Assembly (NCBI GenBank): GCA_964618805.1
Contig: CAZUBM010000003.1
Coordinates: 1 to 64,000, forward strand
Source of the DNA: an uncultured Nitrososphaerota archaeon
Lineage (GTDB): Archaea > Korarchaeota > Korarchaeia > Korarchaeales > Korarchaeaceae
DNA: 64,000 nucleotides
Direction: 5' to 3'
Shown here: positions 8,885-17,011 of the stretch, piece after piece
Layout: each line of letters starts with the position of its first letter
Numbering within the stretch: the first letter of the stretch is position 1
The notes under the pieces: model-generated
Database searches by the model: none
Seen by the model: only the letters and a program-made list of their open reading frames with translations
Told to the model about the DNA's origin: nothing
Made by a program: the position numbers and the translations under genes

Positions 8885-10099
8885 CTACTTCATTTTTCTC
8901 ACTACTAACTTTAATCCAGTCACATCAACTACCTTGACCCTACAACCCTCCTCTATCTCATCCTCAGAAGTTGCGGACCAGAGTTCTGACTTCACTAAAA
9001 CTATTCCAGTTCCACCGGCAGGTATTTTCCTTCTAACAACACCTTCCTCGCCTATAAGCTTCTTGGGATCTAGCAACATTCCTCTAAGAGATAACGTTTG
9101 TTTTATTTTATGTAAATAGAAACCAATTAAGCCTGCTATCACAATGCCTGTAGCTGAAAATAAATAAATGTCAAAACTAGTCCTAAGCAGTGGAGCAGAC
9201 CTGTACATTAATATTAAGCCAAGTACGGCCATGGTCATTCCTCCAACCGCAAGGAAACCGTGTCCCATTTTTAGTTCCAGAAGCATAGCGGCGATGCCTA
9301 GCAGCATTAGAGCTAGTGCTCCAAGTCCTATGCCTATCTTACCAAGGCCATACAGCCCAAGTAAGACCATGACTCCTCCAATCCACTCCATGAAAAGCCC
9401 AGGGGTCTTGAGCCCTACTATGAATATAATTCCTCCAAGGACTAGCAAGAGCCAGGCTATCACAGGAGTTGATATTAGAATTAAGACATATGATCTTATG
9501 TCCATTCTCATTTCAATGACCTCTTGAGGGAACTCACAATCTACAATGAAGGATAAGAGAGTTGGAGAAATGTGTTGAATTATCCCTGAGTCAAATGCTT
9601 CAGTTGCAGTTAAGACAAGGTTTTCTTTCACCATTTTTTCTGCTACTTCAACTGGTCTCCCAGTTGATTCAGCTAGGCTTCTCATCCACCCACTCATAGC
9701 CTTAAGAATTTTTTCCTCAGGCGGAATGGGCATCGCAGCCCCTACAGTCGCTCCTTGGGCCATTCCTGCCACATCAGATGCCATCAATATGTAGGCTCCA
9801 GCCGAAAAAGCTCTACCGTTCTTTGGAACGTAAACTCCAACTGGAGCATATGCCTTAGCTATAGAGTCTATGATTTTCTCTGTAGCAGTGAGGAGACCGC
9901 CATTCGTATTTATTACAAGAACAATGGCCTCATATCCCTCCTTATTTGCAAAATCAATGGCAGAACTGATAAAATCAGCCATCCCAGGAGTAATATCACC
10001 TTCTATCCTTATCACCAAAGTTTTTTGGCTAGTTTCCTGCCCAAGTATTTGTAAGGCAAGAGGCAGCAATAAAAGAAGGATCGGGATGATTTTCTTCAT
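8885..10099 (-). CDS. nfeD: NfeD/STOPP membrane-bound ClpP-class serine protease
   Basis: INTNGG, AFSAGAYI, GAAMP, several TM helices and a C-terminal OB domain (ELWSA). Sits upstream of the stomatin gene. Confidence 0.92.
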   Translation of the reverse strand: MKKIIPILLLLLPLALQILGQETSQKTLVIRIEGDITPGMADFISSAIDFANKEGYEAIVLVINTNGGLLTATEKIIDSIAKAYAPVGVYVPKNGRAFSAGAYILMASDVAGMAQGATVGAAMPIPPEEKILKAMSGWMRSLAESTGRPVEVAEKMVKENLVLTATEAFDSGIIQHISPTLLSFIVDCEFPQEVIEMRMDIRSYVLILISTPVIAWLLLVLGGIIFIVGLKTPGLFMEWIGGVMVLLGLYGLGKIGIGLGALALMLLGIAAMLLELKMGHGFLAVGGMTMAVLGLILMYRSAPLLRTSFDIYLFSATGIVIAGLIGFYLHKIKQTLSLRGMLLDPKKLIGEEGVVRRKIPAGGTGIVLVKSELWSATSEDEIEEGCRVKVVDVTGLKLVVRKMK

Positions 10100-10143
10100 C
10101 TTCTAAGGTAAAGATTGCAAAAGTGATATTAAATTTCTACTTT

Positions 10144-10707
10144 CTACTCCAGTTTTATATCGACAAGAGTTTCGTATATCGGCCCTTGAGGAGTTAAGGT
10201 GCTCCTCTTTATTCTAATATGATCTACTGACATTCTTCCTATTTCCACATCCGCAAGAGATGAAAATAGCTTTTTAATAGCTTCAATAGATCCGATTCGT
10301 TTCACTCTGGCTATCGTAAGATGAGCAGTTGGTTCGCGACGCTCTTTTGGAAGTCCAAGCTTTGCTACTGCCTCATCAACTCTCCTCATTAATGAAATGA
10401 ACTCATTTTCTCCTTCTTTTACTCCTAACCAGATCACCTGAGGCCTCCTTCGATTGGGAAATGCTCCAATCCCGGCTATGTTTATGAAGAATTTGTTAAG
10501 CTTGAGCTCTCTCAAATTTCCTTCTATTTCGCTTACTAAGCTTTCGTCTATTCTGTTCAAAAATTTCACAGTAAAGTGAAGATTTTCGGGTTTCACCAAT
10601 TTTAACTTGCTTCCTGTCTCGAGAAGGTCCTCTTGAATTCTTCTAATTCTGAATATTAATTCAGGCCCTTCAACATCTACAGCTATAAATGCTCTTATGT
10701 ATCCCAA
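10144..10707 (-). CDS. thpR: RNA 2',3'-cyclic phosphodiesterase (2H family, 2'-5' RNA ligase)
   Basis: RAFIAV, HFTVKFL and HLTIAR (two HxT motifs), STLTPQGPIY. Confidence 0.95.
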   Translation of the reverse strand: MGYIRAFIAVDVEGPELIFRIRRIQEDLLETGSKLKLVKPENLHFTVKFLNRIDESLVSEIEGNLRELKLNKFFINIAGIGAFPNRRRPQVIWLGVKEGENEFISLMRRVDEAVAKLGLPKERREPTAHLTIARVKRIGSIEAIKKLFSSLADVEIGRMSVDHIRIKRSTLTPQGPIYETLVDIKLE

Positions 10708-10819
10708 TAGCTCACCTACCCAACAGCCTACTTCTTCATGCGATTATTGGAAAACGTCCAATATAATAATGAAAAATTTCCTTGACTGACCTGGGAAATG
10801 CATCAGGCCTTTTGGAATA

Positions 10820-11647
10820 TCACTTAGGTTCAACCTTTATCCTACCAAAACCGACAGTGTTTCCCAGCCCAACACCAACAAACTCACCAAATCTGAGCAA
10901 AGTCCAAGAAATTTTGAGCAATTTTTCGTGCTCATTTTCAGCCCATCCTGGATGCAATATGTGTTTGTAATTGGTCCATCCCAGAAACCCGACAGTGTTT
11001 CTTCCGTCAGGAAGTCTTAGTGGTTTGGATGTGCATAACTCATACCCTGTCTCAGCAAGACTTAGTTGTGCCCATCTTCTGAATTGTCTAGGTTCTATTT
11101 TGGAGTCTGGATTAAACTTCCTCCAATTTGAGGCAAGAGATTGAAAAATGAAGCCTGCTGCTGGAAAGAGAGAGCAATAGGGTGATTGGGCTTTATGAAA
11201 ACATGTGGGTGATATGAAATAAATCCTAAAGCTCCTGTGAGACTCTTCTCCTTCCTCAGAAAAATCAGCTTCACTTACCCTTAGATCAGATATGTCAAAT
11301 GTGATACCTCCTATGGATAGTCGAGGATTCCTAAAAGTCCAAGAACGTAAGATTTGAGGCAATTTCTCTGAATTGCTGACTATTTTGACGAAATATGGGG
11401 CTCCTCTAGTCACATTAATGTCTTGAGATCCGCATCTATAGTCTATCGAATCACTTTCAAGGACGCTGGTTACATGTATGTGAAAGGTCCCTGACCTGAT
11501 TGAGCGGATTAGAAATGGTTCTACAGAAGTTATTGCTTTCATAATTGCAGATCTAACACCTGCACCCGAAAAGGAAAGTAATCCATCGGCCATAGATATG
11601 AGAGAAAGCTTAATCATGAAAAGTTTCATATTCAAGTTTGAACACAC
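10820..11647 (-). CDS. cas6: Cas6-family RAMP endoribonuclease, orphan (start uncertain)
   Basis: FISPTCF, FP....IFQSL...W..F, GFLGW and the C-terminal Gly-rich loop FGEFVGVGLGNTVGFGRI. Confidence 0.8.
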   Translation of the reverse strand: MCSNLNMKLFMIKLSLISMADGLLSFSGAGVRSAIMKAITSVEPFLIRSIRSGTFHIHVTSVLESDSIDYRCGSQDINVTRGAPYFVKIVSNSEKLPQILRSWTFRNPRLSIGGITFDISDLRVSEADFSEEGEESHRSFRIYFISPTCFHKAQSPYCSLFPAAGFIFQSLASNWRKFNPDSKIEPRQFRRWAQLSLAETGYELCTSKPLRLPDGRNTVGFLGWTNYKHILHPGWAENEHEKLLKISWTLLRFGEFVGVGLGNTVGFGRIKVEPK

Positions 11648-11726
11648 CTTGTCTTTACTCTAATAATTAAGGATGGATTGATAGAAAAAAGTGATAAGTA
11701 CTTCCCTCATTTTTTAGGAGGTCACA

Positions 11727-12335
11727 TTGAGATCAAAATGTGAGGGACCTAAGTACAAATATATTCTGCTTGTAGGCCTTCCTGGCTCGGGTAAGGATGT
11801 TGTAGCCAAGATTATCGAAAGGAGATATGGTTTTAGGATAATAGTAATGAGTGAAATGGTTAGAAGGAGGGTAATAGAAAAAGGATTGCCCGAAACAAGA
11901 GAAAATTTCAGGAAAGTAGGTCTTGAACTGAGAGAAAAGTTAGGACCCGCTGCTGTCGCTCTGTTGTGCATTAGAGAGGCTGAAGAGATCGAGAAAATTC
12001 AAAGCCCTCCAGGTTTTGTGATCAATGGAATAAGAAATATTGAAGAAATCGATGCCTTTAAGGATAGATTTAAGGATTCTGTCATAACTTTAGCAGTTCT
12101 AGCCTCCAAAAAGGTTCGTTTCGATAGAATCAAGAGAAGAGGACGTAAAGGGTTTGATTTAATTCATAAAATTAAACCTATGACTTACGAAGATTTCCTA
12201 AAGCAAGATAGAGAGGAGCTAAAGCTGTTTGATATGGGAAATGCAATAGCATGGGCTGATATATTCATCGTTAATGATGGAAGTGCAGAGGAATTAGAGA
12301 AGAAGGTAATATCCGTTCTATCTATAGACTCTTAA
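11727..12335 (+). CDS. UPF0200 / dephospho-CoA-kinase-like P-loop nucleotide kinase
   Basis: GLPGSGK, LREKLG, NGIRNIEE, DREEL and ADIFIVNDG. Confidence 0.85.
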   Translation: MRSKCEGPKYKYILLVGLPGSGKDVVAKIIERRYGFRIIVMSEMVRRRVIEKGLPETRENFRKVGLELREKLGPAAVALLCIREAEEIEKIQSPPGFVINGIRNIEEIDAFKDRFKDSVITLAVLASKKVRFDRIKRRGRKGFDLIHKIKPMTYEDFLKQDREELKLFDMGNAIAWADIFIVNDGSAEELEKKVISVLSIDS

Positions 12336-12343
12336 ATCCTTCT

Positions 12344-13417
12344 CTAAGATACAGACCTCCACCTTAGACCTAATTTCTCGGCCTCTTCGTAAGCTTCCTT
12401 CATTTCAGCAGCAGTTGGCCTTCTAGAAATCTCTGGGTATCTTAAAGCTTTGTATTCTGGCCTATATTGAGCCATCACATTAACTAAAGCATTTGGCAAG
12501 TTCTCGGAGATCCATCTCAAGATGGGCTTTGTGCAACATTCGATGTGATTTGGAAGAACAAGGTGCCTTATCACTATCTCTCCTCTTGCCTTGTATGCCA
12601 TCTTCAGGTTCCTCCTGACTACAGTCGTGTAATTTGGTACTCCGCTCAGCTTCAAAGCATGTTCCTCGTCCCAATACTTGAAATCTGGTAACCATAGATC
12701 AACCACCCCTATCAGTAGTTTCATCGATTCCGGTGTTAAGTACATATTAGAGTTCCAAATTATTGGAACGTTCACTTCTGTTAATCTAAGTGCGTCTAAG
12801 ATGGCCGGTATATTAGGAGTAGGTTCACCTCCTACGAGATTTATGTTTCTTGCACCTTCTCTCCTAAGAGAGATAAACATGTTAGAGAGTTCTATTGGAT
12901 TCGCCAATTTACCAGATTTAGGATTTTGTGATATATCCCAGTTTTGACAATAGACGCACCTAAAGTTGCATGAGGAGAAGAATATTGTACCAGATGGAGA
13001 TATGGGGGCTTCCTCTCCCATATGAATGAAGTATGTTGCTACTCTAGGATTCTCACCAACTCTGCAAACACCTAGCTCCCCGCTCGTTCTATCGACAAGA
13101 CATCTTCTCTCGCAAAGCTCACAAGAAGTCAAAATTTTCTTGGCTATCTCTGCCTTTAGATCGAGAAGTGAGTATGGAGGTTTTGGAGGTAGTTCTATGC
13201 TATCAAACGAATCTACAAAATCCCAGAAATCGTTCATGAGTTCATCATGTAGAGACCATAGCTCTTCTAAGTTTGAGCTACGATTTGCTGGAAATCTAGA
13301 GGATATCAAAAATAGGGCAGGCAATCTGTCCTTAACTACTGAAATGTACCTTGGGATTGATGATCTAATCTCTTCATTTTGGAATGCTGTCAGTATGTCT
13401 GTTCTAATCAGCCACAT
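12344..13417 (-). CDS. Radical SAM protein, PflX (PFL-activating-like) family
   Basis: CELCERRC, GEEAPISPSGTIFF, CNFRCVYCQN and GGEPTP. The true start is MWLIR at 13417 because the upstream extension runs through a GC-rich RNA hairpin. Confidence 0.9.
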   Translation of the reverse strand: MWLIRTDILTAFQNEEIRSSIPRYISVVKDRLPALFLISSRFPANRSSNLEELWSLHDELMNDFWDFVDSFDSIELPPKPPYSLLDLKAEIAKKILTSCELCERRCLVDRTSGELGVCRVGENPRVATYFIHMGEEAPISPSGTIFFSSCNFRCVYCQNWDISQNPKSGKLANPIELSNMFISLRREGARNINLVGGEPTPNIPAILDALRLTEVNVPIIWNSNMYLTPESMKLLIGVVDLWLPDFKYWDEEHALKLSGVPNYTTVVRRNLKMAYKARGEIVIRHLVLPNHIECCTKPILRWISENLPNALVNVMAQYRPEYKALRYPEISRRPTAAEMKEAYEEAEKLGLRWRSVS

Positions 13418-13451
13418 ATCTATACCAACCCCATGAAGTTTAAGAAGAATG

Positions 13452-13579
13452 GGCCGCCCGGCGATCGATGGGCCAAGTCCTGCGAGCCAGGGTCGCTGAG
13501 GACGGGCTAAATAGGGCCCGTCTCCCAGCAATGTAACCCTGCCCACTAAGTCAGGCCCAGGACCATGGCGCCGGGCGGC
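13452..13579 (-). ncRNA. Unassigned structured ncRNA, ~128 nt, rod-like
   Basis: GC-rich island with an 11-bp terminal helix GCCGCCCGGCG/CGCCGGGCGGC and nested helices whose G-U pairs work only on the minus strand. A TATA-like CTTAAATA lies ~25 nt upstream and a pyrimidine tract follows. Confidence 0.7.
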
Positions 13580-13601
13580 AATTAATTATTCTTATTACCG
13601 A

Positions 13602-13609
13602 TATTTAAG
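13602..13609 (-). promoter_or_regulatory. TATA box of the putative ncRNA
   Basis: CTTAAATA on the minus strand at canonical archaeal spacing from the first G of the terminal stem (13579). Confidence 0.5.
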
Positions 13610-13823
13610 ATTTAGGTTCAAATTCCTCCCTTTAGAAAATTACCAGTAGGGAGGAAGAGGATTGATCCTAACTCCTCGTTATCGAGGATTATGGCAGTAA
13701 TTATTACATTTCGTCTTTTATTATAGCAAAAGACATTTTCACCAATTATCTTTTCAAGAAACTGAGCATGTACCAAGATTTAAGTGTATGAGTTAAATTT
13801 ATGCTTTATTCAGGATATCTTCG

Positions 13824-14690
13824 GTGGGAGTTATTGTGAGGATAGATAGAACCAGATTCGGACCAGCTGGTTTCCCCATGGGATGTCCAAAAGAAGAGGC
13901 CTTTGATTATTTACACAAGCTAAAACTCGGAGCTATGGAGTATCAGGCCGTGAGAAGAGTTCCCACCAAGCTGGATCCTCTCAAAGAAATGGGGAAAAAA
14001 GCTAAAGAGAGGGATATAGTGCTAACCCTCCATGCCCCCTATGCGATAAATCTTGCTTCGGAAGAGGAGGATAAAATAATAAAGAGCGTTGAAAGACTGT
14101 ATTTATCAGCAAAAGCCGCAGATGCGATGGGAGCTACTCACGTTACCTTTCATCCAGGATACTATAGCAAAAGGGACCCTGAAGATGCTCTGAAACTTGC
14201 TATAAAGGCTCTTAGTGATCTTGTCCAGCGTTTAAAGGATGAGAATATTAGAATGGAATTGGGGCCAGAGACTACAGGCAAACCATCGCAACTTGGTTCA
14301 TTAAATGAAGTCTTGAGAATGGCAGAGGAAGTAGATTGCGTATTTCCGACGATAGATTTTGCTCACATACATGCTAGGGAGGGAGGTTCTATCAAGGGAA
14401 GAGAAGATTACGCTAAAATACTTGACGAAATCGAAGGGAGATTGGGCACATTGAATGGTCTCGTTGTTCATTTCACTGAGGTGGAGCTCACAGCTTCAGG
14501 TAAAGGTGAGAAGATGCACCACGAGCTTGGCTCTGGTTATGGTCCTGACTTCAAGCCTTTGGCTGCTGAGATGGCAGAAAGGGGAGTTAGATGGTTAGTA
14601 GTTTCAGAAAGTCCACTTCTAGAGGAGGATTCATTAAAGATGAAAAGGATTTACATGAGGGCTCTGAAAAAGGCAAGTCATGGGAAATAA
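13824..14690 (+). CDS. nfo: Endonuclease IV (AP endonuclease family 2)
   Basis: RFGPAG, HAPYAINL, FHPGYY, PETTGK..QLG, IDFAHIHAR and SESPLLE. Confidence 0.92.
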   Translation: MGVIVRIDRTRFGPAGFPMGCPKEEAFDYLHKLKLGAMEYQAVRRVPTKLDPLKEMGKKAKERDIVLTLHAPYAINLASEEEDKIIKSVERLYLSAKAADAMGATHVTFHPGYYSKRDPEDALKLAIKALSDLVQRLKDENIRMELGPETTGKPSQLGSLNEVLRMAEEVDCVFPTIDFAHIHAREGGSIKGREDYAKILDEIEGRLGTLNGLVVHFTEVELTASGKGEKMHHELGSGYGPDFKPLAAEMAERGVRWLVVSESPLLEEDSLKMKRIYMRALKKASHGK

Positions 14691-14695
14691 CACCG

Positions 14696-15223
14696 TTACT
14701 TCTTGAATTTAGCCCTTAGTTCCCTAACAATCCTCCAAAATATGTCTCCAGCATAATGTAGGTTCTTTACACTTTTTCCCCTGCGTTTTAACTCGCTTTT
14801 ATTTCTTAATGCTTGGCCAATAGCTATTACTCTCCCAAACTTCTCGTCCGTTATTAGCACTAGGTCTCCCTCCTTTACTTCACCCTCAATGCCCACTATT
14901 CCTGGACCCATTACATCCGCTCCGTTAGCGATGTGAGGTACTGCCCCTGGATCAACAACTATTCTAGGAAGGCTTAAGTCTGTTCGTTCAGCTGCCTCTA
15001 CATAGGGAACAATGGAGCCATCATAGAGTTCTACCAATACAGGGGAGTTCTCGGAGAGGAAGACCTTCTGCATCCCTTTTCCTGTCTCAAATTCAATTAC
15101 CTCTAACCCTATTTTCCCTTTAGGAAATAAAGGGTTCAACCTTGGATGTTTTTGGAGGACGGATCTTATTAGATCCCGGCTTACGCTTGACTTAAGTCTA
15201 TATCTTCTAGGTTTCCTCTTCAA
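14696..15223 (-). CDS. PUA-domain RNA-binding protein (pre-PUA/DUF1947 type)
   Basis: VVDPGAVPHIANGADVMGPGI and GK.VKNLHYAGD. Confidence 0.9.
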   Translation of the reverse strand: MKRKPRRYRLKSSVSRDLIRSVLQKHPRLNPLFPKGKIGLEVIEFETGKGMQKVFLSENSPVLVELYDGSIVPYVEAAERTDLSLPRIVVDPGAVPHIANGADVMGPGIVGIEGEVKEGDLVLITDEKFGRVIAIGQALRNKSELKRRGKSVKNLHYAGDIFWRIVRELRAKFKK

Positions 15224-15325
15224 ACCTTAGTTCCACCGAGAAATAGATTTAAAAGATATTTTTAAGGTAAATGAATCAAACGAGCTAACAAAATTTTATA
15301 TACGTCCCTCTACTGACTCAAATGA

Positions 15326-15402
15326 GCCCCGGTGGTGTAGTCCGGTTAGCATAGGGGCCTGTCGAGCCCCAGACCCGGGTTCAAATCCCGGCCGGGGCGC
15401 CA
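15326..15402 (+). tRNA. tRNA-Asp(GTC), CCA encoded
   Basis: Acceptor GCCCCGG/CCGGGGC, anticodon arm GGGGC-CTGTCGA-GCCCC, T-arm CCGGG-TTCAAAT-CCCGG, G73 then CCA; upstream TTTATATA box. Confidence 0.97.
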
Positions 15403-15597
15403 TATTTTCGGTTGTTTAGCCCTTAGCTCCTTCAATAGAGCTTACTCTACTCCAGAAGTCTGAAGGATTTTTGACTAACTCCTCTGTTCTTATGGTTGAA
15501 TTCGAGTGAACGGAAGCATCTGTGAGACAGACTTATTCTTGATTGAAGTTAAAATTAAGTTAAATATTTGGACCGTTTCTTAAGGCGGAAATAACAG

Positions 15598-16968
15598 ATG
15601 ACTGAAGCATTGGACAGTATTTTCAAGCCAAAATCAGTGGCTGTTATAGGAGCTTCTAGATTCCCAGGGAAGATAGGGTACGAAATACTAAGGAATATCA
15701 AAGAGTATGGCTACAAAGGAAAAATTTACCCGATAAATCCAGCCGCAGATGAGATCCTAGGCATTAAATGTTACCATACCATTTCAGATGTGCCTGGGAA
15801 CATAGATCTGGCGATAATATCAATACCGGCACGGTTTGTACCAGAGGTTATCGATCAGCTCGCTGAGAAGAAAACAAAGGCTGCTATCGTAATTTCTAGC
15901 GGATTTTCGGAGGTAGGAAATAAAGAGCTTGAAGAGGACCTTATTAGGAGAGCAAGAAGAGCTGGCATAAGGATAATTGGACCGAATGTCTTTGGTGTAC
16001 TCTATTCTCCTACTAGGCTGAACGCTACGTTTGGCCCTAGAGACGTCAGACCTGGGAACATAGCTTTCATAACACAGTCAGGAGCATTAGGAATTGCTTT
16101 AATGGGATGGACTGTTACTGAGAAGATAGGTCTTTCAGCAGTCGTGAGCGTGGGCAACAAGGCTGACATAGACGATTCAGATCTGCTCAGTTGGTTCAGA
16201 AAAGATGAGAACACAAATGTAGTCCTAATATACATGGAAGGCATTACTGATGGAAGGAAATTCATGCATGAAGCTCGTCTAACGACTCAGTTAAAGCCCA
16301 TTATCGTACTCAAAGCTGGGAGGAGTAAGAAGGGCATGGCTGCTGCCTCATCCCACACAGGATCAATGGCTGGTTCAGATGTAGTTTATTCAGCTTCATT
16401 CAAACAAACAGGCGTCTTACGGGCCGAAAATCTTGAGCAAGCATTTGATTGGGCTTTAGCGTTCTCAGCATATAAAATTCCAAAAGGAAAGAGAGTTGTG
16501 ATAGTCACTAATGGCGGAGGGGTTGGGGTCATGGCAACAGATTCTTGTGAGGCAGCTGGTCTTGAAGTGGTCGATCCTCCGGAAGACTTGAAGCAAGAGT
16601 TCAAGAAATATATGCCTGAGTTCGGAAGCGCGAAAAATCCGATTGATCTCACTGGTATGGCAACTCACGAGGAGTTCAGAGGTGCGCTGAGGTCAGCCGT
16701 TAAACACAAAGCAGTAGATTGCGTAATTGCTCTATACTGTGAGACAGCTGTAAGCGATCCGATCAAAATAGCTGAAGTTATCGGAGAAGTTTTTGAGACT
16801 AGCAATAAGCCGATCACAGTGACCATGATTGGAGGGAAAAATGTAAGCGAGGCCATAGCTTTCCTTAAGGAACACGGAGTTCCGGTGTATCCTGATACTG
16901 AACGGGCTGTATCTGCTATGGCGGCTCTTGTTAAATGGGCTGAGAGAAGATCTTTATCTATCATGTGA
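15598..16968 (+). CDS. acdA: ADP-forming acyl-CoA synthetase, alpha subunit
   Basis: PKSVAVIGAS, IIGPN, QSGALG, SVGNKAD, SHTGSMAG, TNGGGVGV and NPIDL. Confidence 0.93.
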   Translation: MTEALDSIFKPKSVAVIGASRFPGKIGYEILRNIKEYGYKGKIYPINPAADEILGIKCYHTISDVPGNIDLAIISIPARFVPEVIDQLAEKKTKAAIVISSGFSEVGNKELEEDLIRRARRAGIRIIGPNVFGVLYSPTRLNATFGPRDVRPGNIAFITQSGALGIALMGWTVTEKIGLSAVVSVGNKADIDDSDLLSWFRKDENTNVVLIYMEGITDGRKFMHEARLTTQLKPIIVLKAGRSKKGMAAASSHTGSMAGSDVVYSASFKQTGVLRAENLEQAFDWALAFSAYKIPKGKRVVIVTNGGGVGVMATDSCEAAGLEVVDPPEDLKQEFKKYMPEFGSAKNPIDLTGMATHEEFRGALRSAVKHKAVDCVIALYCETAVSDPIKIAEVIGEVFETSNKPITVTMIGGKNVSEAIAFLKEHGVPVYPDTERAVSAMAALVKWAERRSLSIM

Positions 16969-17011
16969 GTTAACTTTTTTTCCGTTTAGAGAATCCCCTA
17001 GAAGGTGTAAT

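Noticed and set aside
10700-11730. CRISPR array near cas6
   Set aside because: No regularly spaced direct repeats were seen here or anywhere in the window.
13418-13546. N-terminal 43 aa of ORF 12344..13546
   Set aside because: It runs through the structured RNA. A TATA-like box and ATG at 13417 give a better start.
13452-13579. SRP RNA (including permuted), 5S rRNA, SAM-I riboswitch or ribozyme identity for the GC-rich hairpin
   Set aside because: Short look-alikes exist (TGTAACCC and GTCAGGCCC on plus; GGACTTGGCCC on minus). However, the SRP helix-8 GGAA/AGCA half, the 5S loops C/E, SAM-I P3/P4 and ribozyme cores are all missing, and no clean BHB is present.
13622-13690. Three small hairpins upstream of nfo
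   Set aside because: Short stems of low-complexity purine/pyrimidine tracts with no promoter/terminator framing; compatible with chance.
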